DNA from: Cyanobacteria bacterium UBA791
GTDB lineage: Bacteria > Cyanobacteriota > Vampirovibrionia > Gastranaerophilales > Gastranaerophilaceae
Direction of reading: 5' to 3'
Assembly: GCA_002297005.1 (NCBI GenBank)
Contig: DBIX01000048.1
Span: 23,793 to 87,792 of the forward strand
Length of the DNA stretch: 64,000 nt
Below are positions 7,863 through 16,593 of this stretch, in pieces. The number at the start of each line of letters is the position of its first letter. The stretch's first letter is position 1. Under the pieces are notes generated by a model. It was not told where the DNA came from. It searched no databases and saw only the letters and a list, made by a program, of their open reading frames with translations. The position numbers and the translations under genes were made by a program.

Positions 7863-10211
7863 TTAACAACCCAAACTCTTCAAATATTCTTCTAAATCAG
7901 GCTCTGTTGCCATTTTGTGTTTAAATTCATAAATATCATTTAAAATACTTTTTATTTCCTCAGTTAAACAATCATGCAAATCAGTTTTTGTACCAAGTTC
8001 AAGTTTGCATTCGTTTTCATTCGCATCAATAATTTTAATAACGTTATTTTCGTTAAAAATGTCCAAAATTGTTGTGATAGCAATATTGTTTACAGCCAAA
8101 AAGCTTGATGCACCAGCTATATCAAATTTTCCGTCTTTATTATTGCAAACAAATTTTATCATGCCAGCAACTGTTTTAACGAAATCTTCCACTTTTATTG
8201 GCATTGAATTGTATTCCATAAAATGTATTCTTTTTGGAGAAACTTTTTCTAAAATATATCTATAGTGTTCATCGTCAGTTGGATAATCAAAAAACATCAA
8301 GGTTTTTGCTGGATGAAGATTATTTGTATTAGAAATTTTTTCAAAAATTGTTTTGTATGGTTTTAAGGTATTAATAATATTTTTGTCCTCTGCAAAAACA
8401 AGAACATCTGCTTTAGGATTTTTGCAATAATCCTCAACTAAATTTAGAATATCTTTTTTCTTTCTATCATCATGCAAATTTATATCAAGTGAAGTTTCGT
8501 CTTTTTCCTCTTCTTTCAAATATTCGCTATGAATATCCTTAATCAAAAGTTGAAGATAAGTTTCGCCATTAAATTCATTCACACTTGGAGAAAACGCAAT
8601 ATCAAGAGTATCTTTTTCAAGCAAAGAAATATCACCTAAACCCCAACGTATACATTGAAACTCTTTACCATCTTTTTCTACGAAAAGTTTTAAATGATTT
8701 TTTTCTTGACCCATTAACATTTTTTTCTTTAATACTGCATTATTTATGCAAAAGGTTGGTGACGGATTTGATGCACCAAAAGGTTCAAGTTTGCTTATTT
8801 CATCAACTAAACCTATATCCAAATCCTCTACGGATAATTCACAGTCAATATCAAGAGTTGGAGTCAAATCAACATTCTTAGAGGTTTCATTTATAACCTC
8901 TAAAAGTGCTTTCTTAACCTGTTCAAAAGAGGCTTTTTCATAAGAAAAAGAAAGTCCAGCTGCCATTTCATGACCGCCAAAACCGTCTAACAAATCACTT
9001 ATTGCAGAAATTGTATCGTATAAATGAATACCCTTAATACTTCTTGCAGAACATCTTACGGATTTTGTTTCTTCTGAATAAGTCATTAAGAAAGCTGGCT
9101 TATGATATTTTTCAACAAGTTTTGAGGCTACAATACCGATAATACCAATATGCCAGTCTTTATTGAACAAAATAATTGCACTATCCTTAGAATTTCCAAG
9201 CATTTCACAAGCTTGTAAAAATGTTGCCTGACACAAATCTTGTCTAACTTTATTAAAATTATTCACTTCAATAATAGACATTTCGATTTCTTGTTTATTT
9301 TCAGAAATCAAAATATTTAAAGCAGCCTTAACATCATCCAAACGCCCACAAGCATTTATTCTTGGAGCAACTGTAAAAGCTATTTTTTCACTTGTGACAT
9401 TTTGCAAATCCGCACCATTTTGTTCTAACAATCTTTTTAGACCATAATGCTTTCCCATAGAAATTAAGTCCAAACCTCTTTGAACAAAATATCTGTTTTC
9501 ACCGATAAGAGGAACAATATCTGCAATAGTTCCAAGTGCAACAAAAGGTAAAAGTGTTGGTAAATATTCTGTTTTTTCATAGTTAATTAATAATGCTTGA
9601 GCCAATTTAAAAGCAACACCACAACCGGCAAGAGCAGTTAAGTGTTCAATCTTTTTTATCGGTAAATCACTTGATAAAGCATTTGGTGCTTTTGGATTTA
9701 TTATTGCATAAGCCTCAGGCAATTCTTCTGGAGCTTCGTGGTGGTCTGTTAAAATACAATCAACCTTAAAACTCTTTAAGAAAGCAACTTCTTCAAGATT
9801 ACTAATCCCACAGTCCACAGTAATTACAAGTTTTATTTTTTGCGTTAAAAGTTTAACTAATCTTGTTTTATTTAAGCCGTGTCCATCTGCTTCTCTATCA
9901 GGAATAAAATAATCAACGTTTGCACCTAAATAATTTAATGTTTTTAAAAGGATTGAAGTTGAAGTAATTCCGTCAGCGTCAAAGTCACCGTATACAAGGA
10001 TTTTTTCACCTTTTTCAATAGCAGTAGAAATACGTTCAACAGCCTTTTCCATATCAGAAAAAGCTGTTGGCATAGAAAGTTTCATTTCTAAAGGATTTAA
10101 AAATTCATCAATTTCGGATTTTTTAGTTAAACCTCTAATTTCTAGTAATCTATCAAGTAAAGGTTTTTTGTCATCTTTTGAACTTTTAATAATCCATTTA
10201 GTCTGTGTCAT
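7863..10211 (-). CDS. recJ: Single-stranded-DNA-specific exonuclease RecJ
   Basis: DHH-family motifs are present (YGDFDADGITS, TVDCGI, LTDHHE), as is a DHHA1-like GGHEMAAG. The 782-aa length matches long Bacillus-type RecJ proteins. Confidence 0.9.
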   Translation of the reverse strand: MTQTKWIIKSSKDDKKPLLDRLLEIRGLTKKSEIDEFLNPLEMKLSMPTAFSDMEKAVERISTAIEKGEKILVYGDFDADGITSTSILLKTLNYLGANVDYFIPDREADGHGLNKTRLVKLLTQKIKLVITVDCGISNLEEVAFLKSFKVDCILTDHHEAPEELPEAYAIINPKAPNALSSDLPIKKIEHLTALAGCGVAFKLAQALLINYEKTEYLPTLLPFVALGTIADIVPLIGENRYFVQRGLDLISMGKHYGLKRLLEQNGADLQNVTSEKIAFTVAPRINACGRLDDVKAALNILISENKQEIEMSIIEVNNFNKVRQDLCQATFLQACEMLGNSKDSAIILFNKDWHIGIIGIVASKLVEKYHKPAFLMTYSEETKSVRCSARSIKGIHLYDTISAISDLLDGFGGHEMAAGLSFSYEKASFEQVKKALLEVINETSKNVDLTPTLDIDCELSVEDLDIGLVDEISKLEPFGASNPSPTFCINNAVLKKKMLMGQEKNHLKLFVEKDGKEFQCIRWGLGDISLLEKDTLDIAFSPSVNEFNGETYLQLLIKDIHSEYLKEEEKDETSLDINLHDDRKKKDILNLVEDYCKNPKADVLVFAEDKNIINTLKPYKTIFEKISNTNNLHPAKTLMFFDYPTDDEHYRYILEKVSPKRIHFMEYNSMPIKVEDFVKTVAGMIKFVCNNKDGKFDIAGASSFLAVNNIAITTILDIFNENNVIKIIDANENECKLELGTKTDLHDCLTEEIKSILNDIYEFKHKMATEPDLEEYLKSLGC

Positions 10212-10213
10212 AA

Positions 10214-11434
10214 TTATCTACTACATTTCAAATTGCATTTTTGAGAAAGAACTTCAACAGCCTTTTTCAATTGAGCATCATTTTTATTTTTAATATCTTC
10301 ATCAGTTAATTTTACAAGAATATCAGGTGTAATACCTTTTTTGTGAATATCAGTACCATTTGGAGTCAAATATCTTTGGATAGTGATATTTACACCAGAA
10401 CCCTCAGGAAGTCTATTGATTTCTTGAACCAAGCCTTTACCAAAAGATTGATCACCAATAATTGTAGCTCTACCGTTATCTTTTAAAGCACCTGAAAGAA
10501 TTTCACTAGCTGAAGCAGAACCCTTGTTGATTAAAACAACAATTGGTGCATGAGTTAAAGTTGTATAACCAGCTCTTTCTGTTTGTTTATAACCATCTCT
10601 ATCAACAGTACTTACAATAATACTATTTTGTAATAACATTTTTGAAATAAAGATAGCGTTTGTTAATAATCCCCCTGGGTTTGAACGCAAATCAATAATA
10701 TAACCTTTTTTCTTCTTAGAAGTCATAAGAATTTTAGAAACATCTTCTGCAACATGTTTGCTAATGAATGAACTAATTCTGATATATTGAATTTCATCAG
10801 GAATAACAGTTGTATTTCCATCAGGTAGTTTTGTAGAAACAGCTTTTATTTCAATTTCATCTCTTACTACAGAATATTTTTTAACTGTATCACCTCTTTT
10901 AATATTTAAAGTAACAGTTGTACCTTTTTCACCTCTGATTTTATCAGCAGCTTTATCTATAGAAATACCTTTTGTAGATTCGCCGTCAATTTCAAGAATT
11001 TCATCGTCTGCAATAATACCGGCTTTTTCAGCAGGAGAACCCTCTATTGGTGCAATTACCATCAATTTTCCGTCTTTTACAGAAATTTGTATACCGATGC
11101 CTTTAAGAGAGCCTTTAATTGATGCAGTTTCTTCTGCAAATTCTTTTGGGTCTAAAAATTTTGTATATGGGTCATTTAAACTTGCAAGCATTGTATCAAT
11201 TGCAACATAAGCGTCTTCGTTTGTTAAAAGTTTTCCCTCATATTTGTATCTCCAACGATTCCAATCTTGTTGGTTATTTGTTTGGTCAACGTATTTTTTG
11301 TTAATAAGTTTCCAAACATCTAAATACAATTCGTCTGGAGAATAAGCAAAAGCTTGTTGTCCTGATATAAAACCAGCTAAACCAAACGCAAATATTGAAA
11401 TTACAACTACTAAGTTTTTGATTATTTTGTTCAT
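10214..11434 (-). CDS. Carboxy-terminal processing protease (peptidase S41, PDZ domain)
   Basis: S41 motifs are present (LRSNPGGLL, LINKGSASASEI, GKGLVQ) along with a PDZ segment. The ORF extends to 11503, but the Met at 11434 (MNKIIKNLVVV...) begins a signal/TM peptide, so the start is uncertain. Confidence 0.85.
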   Translation of the reverse strand: MNKIIKNLVVVISIFAFGLAGFISGQQAFAYSPDELYLDVWKLINKKYVDQTNNQQDWNRWRYKYEGKLLTNEDAYVAIDTMLASLNDPYTKFLDPKEFAEETASIKGSLKGIGIQISVKDGKLMVIAPIEGSPAEKAGIIADDEILEIDGESTKGISIDKAADKIRGEKGTTVTLNIKRGDTVKKYSVVRDEIEIKAVSTKLPDGNTTVIPDEIQYIRISSFISKHVAEDVSKILMTSKKKKGYIIDLRSNPGGLLTNAIFISKMLLQNSIIVSTVDRDGYKQTERAGYTTLTHAPIVVLINKGSASASEILSGALKDNGRATIIGDQSFGKGLVQEINRLPEGSGVNITIQRYLTPNGTDIHKKGITPDILVKLTDEDIKNKNDAQLKKAVEVLSQKCNLKCSR

Positions 11435-11598
11435 ATTAAAATTTTCCCTTTTCATATTTTCCATTATACCCCATATATAATTAATAAGATGTAAAAAATA
11501 CAAAATTGTTTCAAAAAATTTAAAACGTCTTAATAATTAATTTGAAAAAGCTTATGTTTAGATTACACTTTTATTAAATATACAGAGGAGGTTTTACA

Positions 11599-11718
11599 AT
11601 GCACGAATACGTATTTAAAATAAAAAAAGGCGAAATTGAAATCGAATTAAAATCAGATGACATTGAATTTGTTGAGGAACAAATGAACAAATGGCGTGAA
11701 GACATTATGAAGAAATAG
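11599..11718 (+). CDS. Small ORF (39 aa) resembling the N-terminus of the downstream 303-aa protein
   Basis: A GAGGAG Shine-Dalgarno sits 8 nt upstream. Translation is MHEYVFKIKKGEIEIELKSDDIEFVEEQMNKWREDIMKK. Its pattern is shared with residues 3-35 of the next ORF. Confidence 0.45.
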   Translation: MHEYVFKIKKGEIEIELKSDDIEFVEEQMNKWREDIMKK

Positions 11719-11736
11719 GTTTAGGGTAGAATATTA

Positions 11737-12648
11737 ATGTCAAAAGATTATAAATTTACATTTAAAAAAGACGATATATTTGTAGAATTTGATACAACAG
11801 ATAGAGAAGCACTTGCAAGACAATTCCAAATTTGGGTAACTTGTGCTTCTGTTTACACGTACCAAAAACAAAGATTACAAGAAGAAGAAATCCAACCATT
11901 ACAAGCACAAGCTCAGAATGAAAATCCTAAAGTTACACCTAGTCAAATGACCCCTGTTCAGGTGGAATTAAATCCTGAACCTCACGTTCTACCTATGGAA
12001 CAAGTAACTGAACAAAAGTCAGAAGAAAAAGTTGAAGAACAAAGAGTAACACTTAACGATTTACAAAATGCACCTAAAGCAAACCTTGAAGAATTTGGCA
12101 TTTCTGAAGAAAAAGAACCTTTGACGTTAGAAGAAAAGAAACAAGAAATAGCAAAAACTGTAGAACATGCTGGTGAAATAGGTAGCCATTTGGATAGTTT
12201 ATACAATATAGAAGATACTACCGTTAACGCTTTGGAAACTTTTAAAGAAAAAATTGAGGAAGAGGACGATTTTTCAAATAAATCTGTAGATTTTGATAAA
12301 ATTTTAGAAATGTCTATGAATACTGCTCCAACAGAAACAGAAGTAAAAAAAGACGACAGATTTTTGAAAATATTGAATGTAAAAAATGTTAGTAGCAAAC
12401 TTGAATATTTAATAGTAACTGCTTATTATTTATCAGAATTTGAAAAACTTGATAAATTTACGCTAAAACTTATCAATGCAAAACTAATGCAAAACGTTAA
12501 GGAAGCAGTTGACCACAATGTCTTGCAAGAGGCTATAGATAAGGGATTGGTAGAAGTTCTTCCAAGTTTACCAGACATAGCAAATAGCGTTGAATATAGA
12601 TTAACAAATGCAGGAGAGGAAGCATTTTTAAATGGAACAAAACTCTAA
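11737..12648 (+). CDS. Hypothetical acidic protein (303 aa)
   Basis: Long ORF with a Glu/Gln/Pro-rich low-complexity centre and a structured-looking C-terminal region of about 100 aa. It overlaps the mnmA start by 17 nt. I recognise no family. Confidence 0.65.
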   Translation: MSKDYKFTFKKDDIFVEFDTTDREALARQFQIWVTCASVYTYQKQRLQEEEIQPLQAQAQNENPKVTPSQMTPVQVELNPEPHVLPMEQVTEQKSEEKVEEQRVTLNDLQNAPKANLEEFGISEEKEPLTLEEKKQEIAKTVEHAGEIGSHLDSLYNIEDTTVNALETFKEKIEEEDDFSNKSVDFDKILEMSMNTAPTETEVKKDDRFLKILNVKNVSSKLEYLIVTAYYLSEFEKLDKFTLKLINAKLMQNVKEAVDHNVLQEAIDKGLVEVLPSLPDIANSVEYRLTNAGEEAFLNGTKL

Positions 12649-13687
12649 TCAAAAAATTGCAGTCGTAGCTCTAAGTGGCGGTGTAGATAGTAGCGTTTGT
12701 TGTTATTTATTGAAAGAACAAGGCTATAAAGTTATTGGTATAACAGGAAAAATGACTGATTCTCCTAGTGCTAATACTGTTTGCGAAAAAGCAAAAAAAG
12801 TTGCTGATAATCTTGGAATAGAACACGTTGTCCTTGATTTAAGCAAAGAATTTGGAAAAGAAGTTGTAGAATATTTTAATAAAACTTACACAAAAGGACA
12901 AACTCCAAACCCTTGTGCTGTTTGCAATAGAAAAATTAAATGGGGAAAAATATTTGAATATGCCATGAATGAACTTCATGCAGATATATTTGCAACTGGT
13001 CATTACGCAAATATTCAAAAATTTGGCGACTATTATACACTTTTCCCAGCAAAAGACCCTAAAAAAGATCAAATGTATTTCTTGTATTCTTTAAATCAAG
13101 AAAACTTTGCAAAAACTGTTTTTCCACTTTATGAATATGAAAAAACAGAGGTTAGAAAAATTGCAGAAAAAATTGATGTTCCATCAAAGTCTCAAAAGGA
13201 TTCACAAGATATTTGTTTTATTGAAAAACCAGAAACTTTAAAAACATATTTAAAAAAACTTTTTGGAGAAAAGAAAGGTGATTTTATACATATTAGAACT
13301 GGTAAAAAACTTGGAGAACACACAGGTTGCTATAAATACACAATCGGACAAAGAAGAGGGCTTGAAATAGCATACACAGAACCACTTTACGTAATTAAAA
13401 TTGATGCTAAAAACAATACGGTTTATGTTGGTGAAAAACCTGAAGCTTATGGTTCAGAACTTGAATTAACTAACCTACATTTTGTATATCCAGTTGGTGA
13501 AAAATCTTTGGATATAGATACAAAAATTAGATACAATATGGAGAAAGTTCCAGTACACGTTGAAATAGACGGCGACAGAGCAAAAATGACATTTAAAGAA
13601 CCTGTATACTCAATTACAGCAGGTCAAATTGCAGTATTTTATGATAGAAACGACGGACACCTAATCGGTGGCGGAACAATTTTATAA
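12632..13687 (+). CDS. mnmA: tRNA-specific 2-thiouridylase MnmA
   Basis: PP-loop motif VALSGGVDSSV is present, along with NPCAVCN, the KDQMYFL region, and a typical length of 351 aa. Confidence 0.92.
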   Translation: MEQNSNQKIAVVALSGGVDSSVCCYLLKEQGYKVIGITGKMTDSPSANTVCEKAKKVADNLGIEHVVLDLSKEFGKEVVEYFNKTYTKGQTPNPCAVCNRKIKWGKIFEYAMNELHADIFATGHYANIQKFGDYYTLFPAKDPKKDQMYFLYSLNQENFAKTVFPLYEYEKTEVRKIAEKIDVPSKSQKDSQDICFIEKPETLKTYLKKLFGEKKGDFIHIRTGKKLGEHTGCYKYTIGQRRGLEIAYTEPLYVIKIDAKNNTVYVGEKPEAYGSELELTNLHFVYPVGEKSLDIDTKIRYNMEKVPVHVEIDGDRAKMTFKEPVYSITAGQIAVFYDRNDGHLIGGGTIL

Positions 13688-13791
13688 AAATTTATACTCT
13701 AAACGATGGATAAAAAATTGTGAATAATATCATATATTATTCATGTACATAGTATCAAGGACGATACTGATAACTTGTAAGAGAAGGAAAA

Positions 13792-14112
13792 ATGGAATTT
13801 TCTAACGCTTATACATACTCCCCATTAAAATTTTTGAAGAACCTAAGTAGGATATTAGGTGACTTTTTTGTGTCTTTCAGTTGTTTATTCCTACCATGGA
13901 AAAATAAACCTTATATTGAAGATATTAATGCTTTGAAAAAAGAATATGAGAAATTATCAAGGATGTATTCTTGTGAAAAAGAAAGCATTAACTTTTACCA
14001 AAAAGAAAAAACTTTTGATTATTTTACGCTTAATCACGATGACGAAATTAAAACTTCTTGGTCAAAAATTGACCATGAAATAAAAAAGAAAGCTGGTGTT
14101 AAATGTCCATAA
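13792..14112 (+). CDS. Hypothetical protein (106 aa) overlapping the flagellin start
   Basis: A GAAGGA Shine-Dalgarno is present. The stop TAA (14110-14112) overlaps the flagellin ATG (14103) by 10 nt. I recognise no family. Confidence 0.5.
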   Translation: MEFSNAYTYSPLKFLKNLSRILGDFFVSFSCLFLPWKNKPYIEDINALKKEYEKLSRMYSCEKESINFYQKEKTFDYFTLNHDDEIKTSWSKIDHEIKKKAGVKCP

Positions 14113-15923
14113 CTGTTAACACCAATACTTCTTCTTTAATTGCACAAAGAAGTTTAAATAAAGCTACAAACAAAATGAATCAGGCTTTACAGAGATTAAG
14201 TACAGGATTAAAAATTAATTCTGCAAAAGACGATGCTGCTGGTAGTGCAATTTCAACAAAACTAGAGTACAAAATTTCTTCCTATGATGTAGCAAAAGAC
14301 AATGCACAAATGGGACAATCTATGCTTGATACTGCAAATAGTACTCTCGGAAATATAAATTCTATGCTCCAAAGGATGCGTGATTTATCTGAACAAGCTG
14401 CCAATGGAACGTATGGGAAAGACGAACGCAAAGCTATGCAAGCTGAAGCCGATGCCTTAACAGAAGAAATTTATAGAATAAAAAACACAACAGAATTTAA
14501 TGGCAAAAAAGTTTTAGGACAAGAGTCATCTAGCGAAGTTGTTGACGTCACCGTAGATATGATGCTAAGCGAAGTTAGTGAAGCAAACTGGGCAGATACT
14601 GATGGTAAAGTCATTGGTATACGGGGATATAACGATTTGGCAAAATTATCACAATTAATAGAAAATTGTGATACCTCAAATAGAACTTTTTCTCTAATGT
14701 CAAACATTAATCTTGATGGAGTCGACTGGACACCTATTGGAAAAGATGCAACTAGTAGCTTTAAGGGAAACTTTGAGGGTAATAATTTTACAATATCTAA
14801 TCTTGATATAAAAGATACTAATGGTGATTGCTGTGGATTATTTGGATATATTAGTGGTGGTTCTGTTAAAAATTTAAGGCTTGAAAACTTCAATATGCAA
14901 GGCTCTGGAATTGTCGGATGTTTAAGTGGAAAATTTGATAATGGAACAATAGAAAACGTATACGTCGTAGATAGCAGCGTTAAAGGCACGTCAAATGTAG
15001 GTGGTATAACAGGGGCATCCCTAAATTCAACAGTCAATAACTCGTATTTTGAAGGAAAAATTTCAAGTGGCACAGGAGAAACTGGTGGGATTATAGGCTG
15101 GGCAATGGGAAAAACCTTAATTGATGGCTGTAAAGTTTCAGCCACACTATCATCTAGTGGCTCTGGCATTGGCGGACTTCTCGGAAAAATATCCGGACCA
15201 TTAACAATTAACAATTCTACTGTTATTGGCTCAGTTTCTACAAATGTAAATAATGTAGGAGGTTTGGTAGGAAGTTCTCTTGATAGTTTTACAACAATTA
15301 CCAATTCTGGAGCTAATTGCAAAGTATCAGGAAGAGAAAATTCAGGAACTATTATAGGACTTTGCAGTAATGTCTCCCTCACTAATAATAAATATAGCGA
15401 GGTTAATGGAGCAATGTCTGCGATAGGAAAAGGACACACAACATCTTCTAGTGAGGCAGAAAAAGTTCTCGGATACAAGCCTGATGCACCAGACCCGTTT
15501 GCAAATCCACCAATAACTTATATTGATTCATACGAAGAATGTACCGCCAATCTTCAAGTAGGTATTACTTCTGATAAAGACTCTATTATTCAAATTAATA
15601 CAAGTTTTTTACTTGGAAGACTGAATGTTGACCTTTCTTCAGAAAAAAAAGCTCGAAAATCCATTGATGAACTTGATAAGGCAATTGCAAAAGTTACAGA
15701 CAAACAAACAGCCATAGGCTCAGTCCAAAATAGACTCGAAAGCACAATGGACTTTCAAGACATACAGTATAAGTCCTTAAGTAGTGCAAATTCATATATA
15801 AAAGATGCTGATATTGCAAAAGAAAGTGCCAACTATATTAAAAACCAAATTTTACAACAAGTCGCATCAAGCTTACTTGCAACAGCAAACCAAAATCCAA
15901 ATATAGCACTCCAGCTAATGTGA
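14103..15923 (+). CDS. fliC: Flagellin with a large GLUG-type glycine-repeat insertion in the variable region
   Basis: The N-terminal D0/D1 region reads MSITVNTNTSSLIAQRSLNKATNKMNQALQRLSTGLKINSAKDDAAG. The C-terminal D1/D0 region reads IGSVQNRLESTMDFQD...IKNQILQQVASSLLATANQNPNIALQLM. The central ~330 aa carry about 7 repeats of the GG(I/L)xG type. Confidence 0.9.
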   Translation: MSITVNTNTSSLIAQRSLNKATNKMNQALQRLSTGLKINSAKDDAAGSAISTKLEYKISSYDVAKDNAQMGQSMLDTANSTLGNINSMLQRMRDLSEQAANGTYGKDERKAMQAEADALTEEIYRIKNTTEFNGKKVLGQESSSEVVDVTVDMMLSEVSEANWADTDGKVIGIRGYNDLAKLSQLIENCDTSNRTFSLMSNINLDGVDWTPIGKDATSSFKGNFEGNNFTISNLDIKDTNGDCCGLFGYISGGSVKNLRLENFNMQGSGIVGCLSGKFDNGTIENVYVVDSSVKGTSNVGGITGASLNSTVNNSYFEGKISSGTGETGGIIGWAMGKTLIDGCKVSATLSSSGSGIGGLLGKISGPLTINNSTVIGSVSTNVNNVGGLVGSSLDSFTTITNSGANCKVSGRENSGTIIGLCSNVSLTNNKYSEVNGAMSAIGKGHTTSSSEAEKVLGYKPDAPDPFANPPITYIDSYEECTANLQVGITSDKDSIIQINTSFLLGRLNVDLSSEKKARKSIDELDKAIAKVTDKQTAIGSVQNRLESTMDFQDIQYKSLSSANSYIKDADIAKESANYIKNQILQQVASSLLATANQNPNIALQLM

Positions 15924-15996
15924 TTTACTCTATAAAATATTTAAGAGGGTTTACAAATTCCCTATCTTATGTATAATATATTTAAGGTCTTAAGAA

Positions 15997-16023
15997 AGAA
16001 CGGATGTTTCCGTTCTTTTTTTA
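15997..16023 (+). terminator. Rho-independent terminator after flagellin
   Basis: agaacgga-tgtt-tccgttct hairpin followed by a T7 run. It lies inside the N-terminal extension of track ORF 16004.., which argues for the later rimP start. Confidence 0.75.
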
Positions 16024-16042
16024 CATATATAGGGGAAATCTT

Positions 16043-16534
16043 ATGAAACCTGAAATTAATAGAAAAGAAGTCTTAGATAAATTGATGCCTTTAGTTGAAA
16101 ATACGGCAATGAGATTTAACTTTATCCCAGTAGAAGTGGATTTTACTAAAGAAAACCACAAAAACTTTATCAGAGTTTTCTTATTTTCTTATGAAAAACC
16201 AATTTCTATTGATGACTGCGAAAAATTTAGCAGAAGTTTAAATGAATTTTTGGATGATTTATTTGATTTCAAATATTATTTAGAAGTTTCTTCTCCTGGG
16301 TTAGAACGAAAATTCAAATCAAACAAAGAATATCTGATTTTTAGAGGTAAAAATGTAAGTATAAAATTATACGAACCTCTTGAAGATATGAAGGATGTTA
16401 TATTTAAAGCTACGTTACTTGATTATGACGAAAATGAGGGTGTAAAAGTTAGACGTCTTGAGGACGGAAAAGAACTTCTTATTCCTTTAGAAAAAATCAA
16501 AAATACAAAGCTTTATTTAGAAGACAAAATTTAA
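16043..16534 (+). CDS. rimP: Ribosome maturation factor RimP
   Basis: LEVSSPGLERKFK motif is present, and the gene sits immediately upstream of nusA. The start is taken at MKPEINRK (16043), downstream of the flagellin terminator. Confidence 0.85.
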   Translation: MKPEINRKEVLDKLMPLVENTAMRFNFIPVEVDFTKENHKNFIRVFLFSYEKPISIDDCEKFSRSLNEFLDDLFDFKYYLEVSSPGLERKFKSNKEYLIFRGKNVSIKLYEPLEDMKDVIFKATLLDYDENEGVKVRRLEDGKELLIPLEKIKNTKLYLEDKI

Positions 16535-16593
16535 TTAGAAAGTAGATACAATTTAATAGAAAGGTATTCCCTAGAGGGAATAAGGTAGGAAAA

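Noticed and set aside
11982-12398. 138-aa antisense ORF inside the 303-aa acidic protein gene, together with the other short shadow ORFs in the track (e.g. 1931-2212, 8005-8265, 8585-8943, 21533-21859, 25702-25896, 27726-28002, 39860-40368, 41082-41405)
   Set aside because: All lie within, and mostly antisense to, longer ORFs with clear family signatures. They have low-complexity or hydrophobic translations and no ribosome-binding sites.
14471-15478. 335-aa minus-strand ORF antisense to the flagellin GLUG region
   Set aside because: It is Pro/Leu/Ser-rich nonsense, generated because the sense strand is rich in GGN/NNT codons and so lacks reverse-frame stops. It has no Shine-Dalgarno and lies fully inside a confidently identified flagellin gene.
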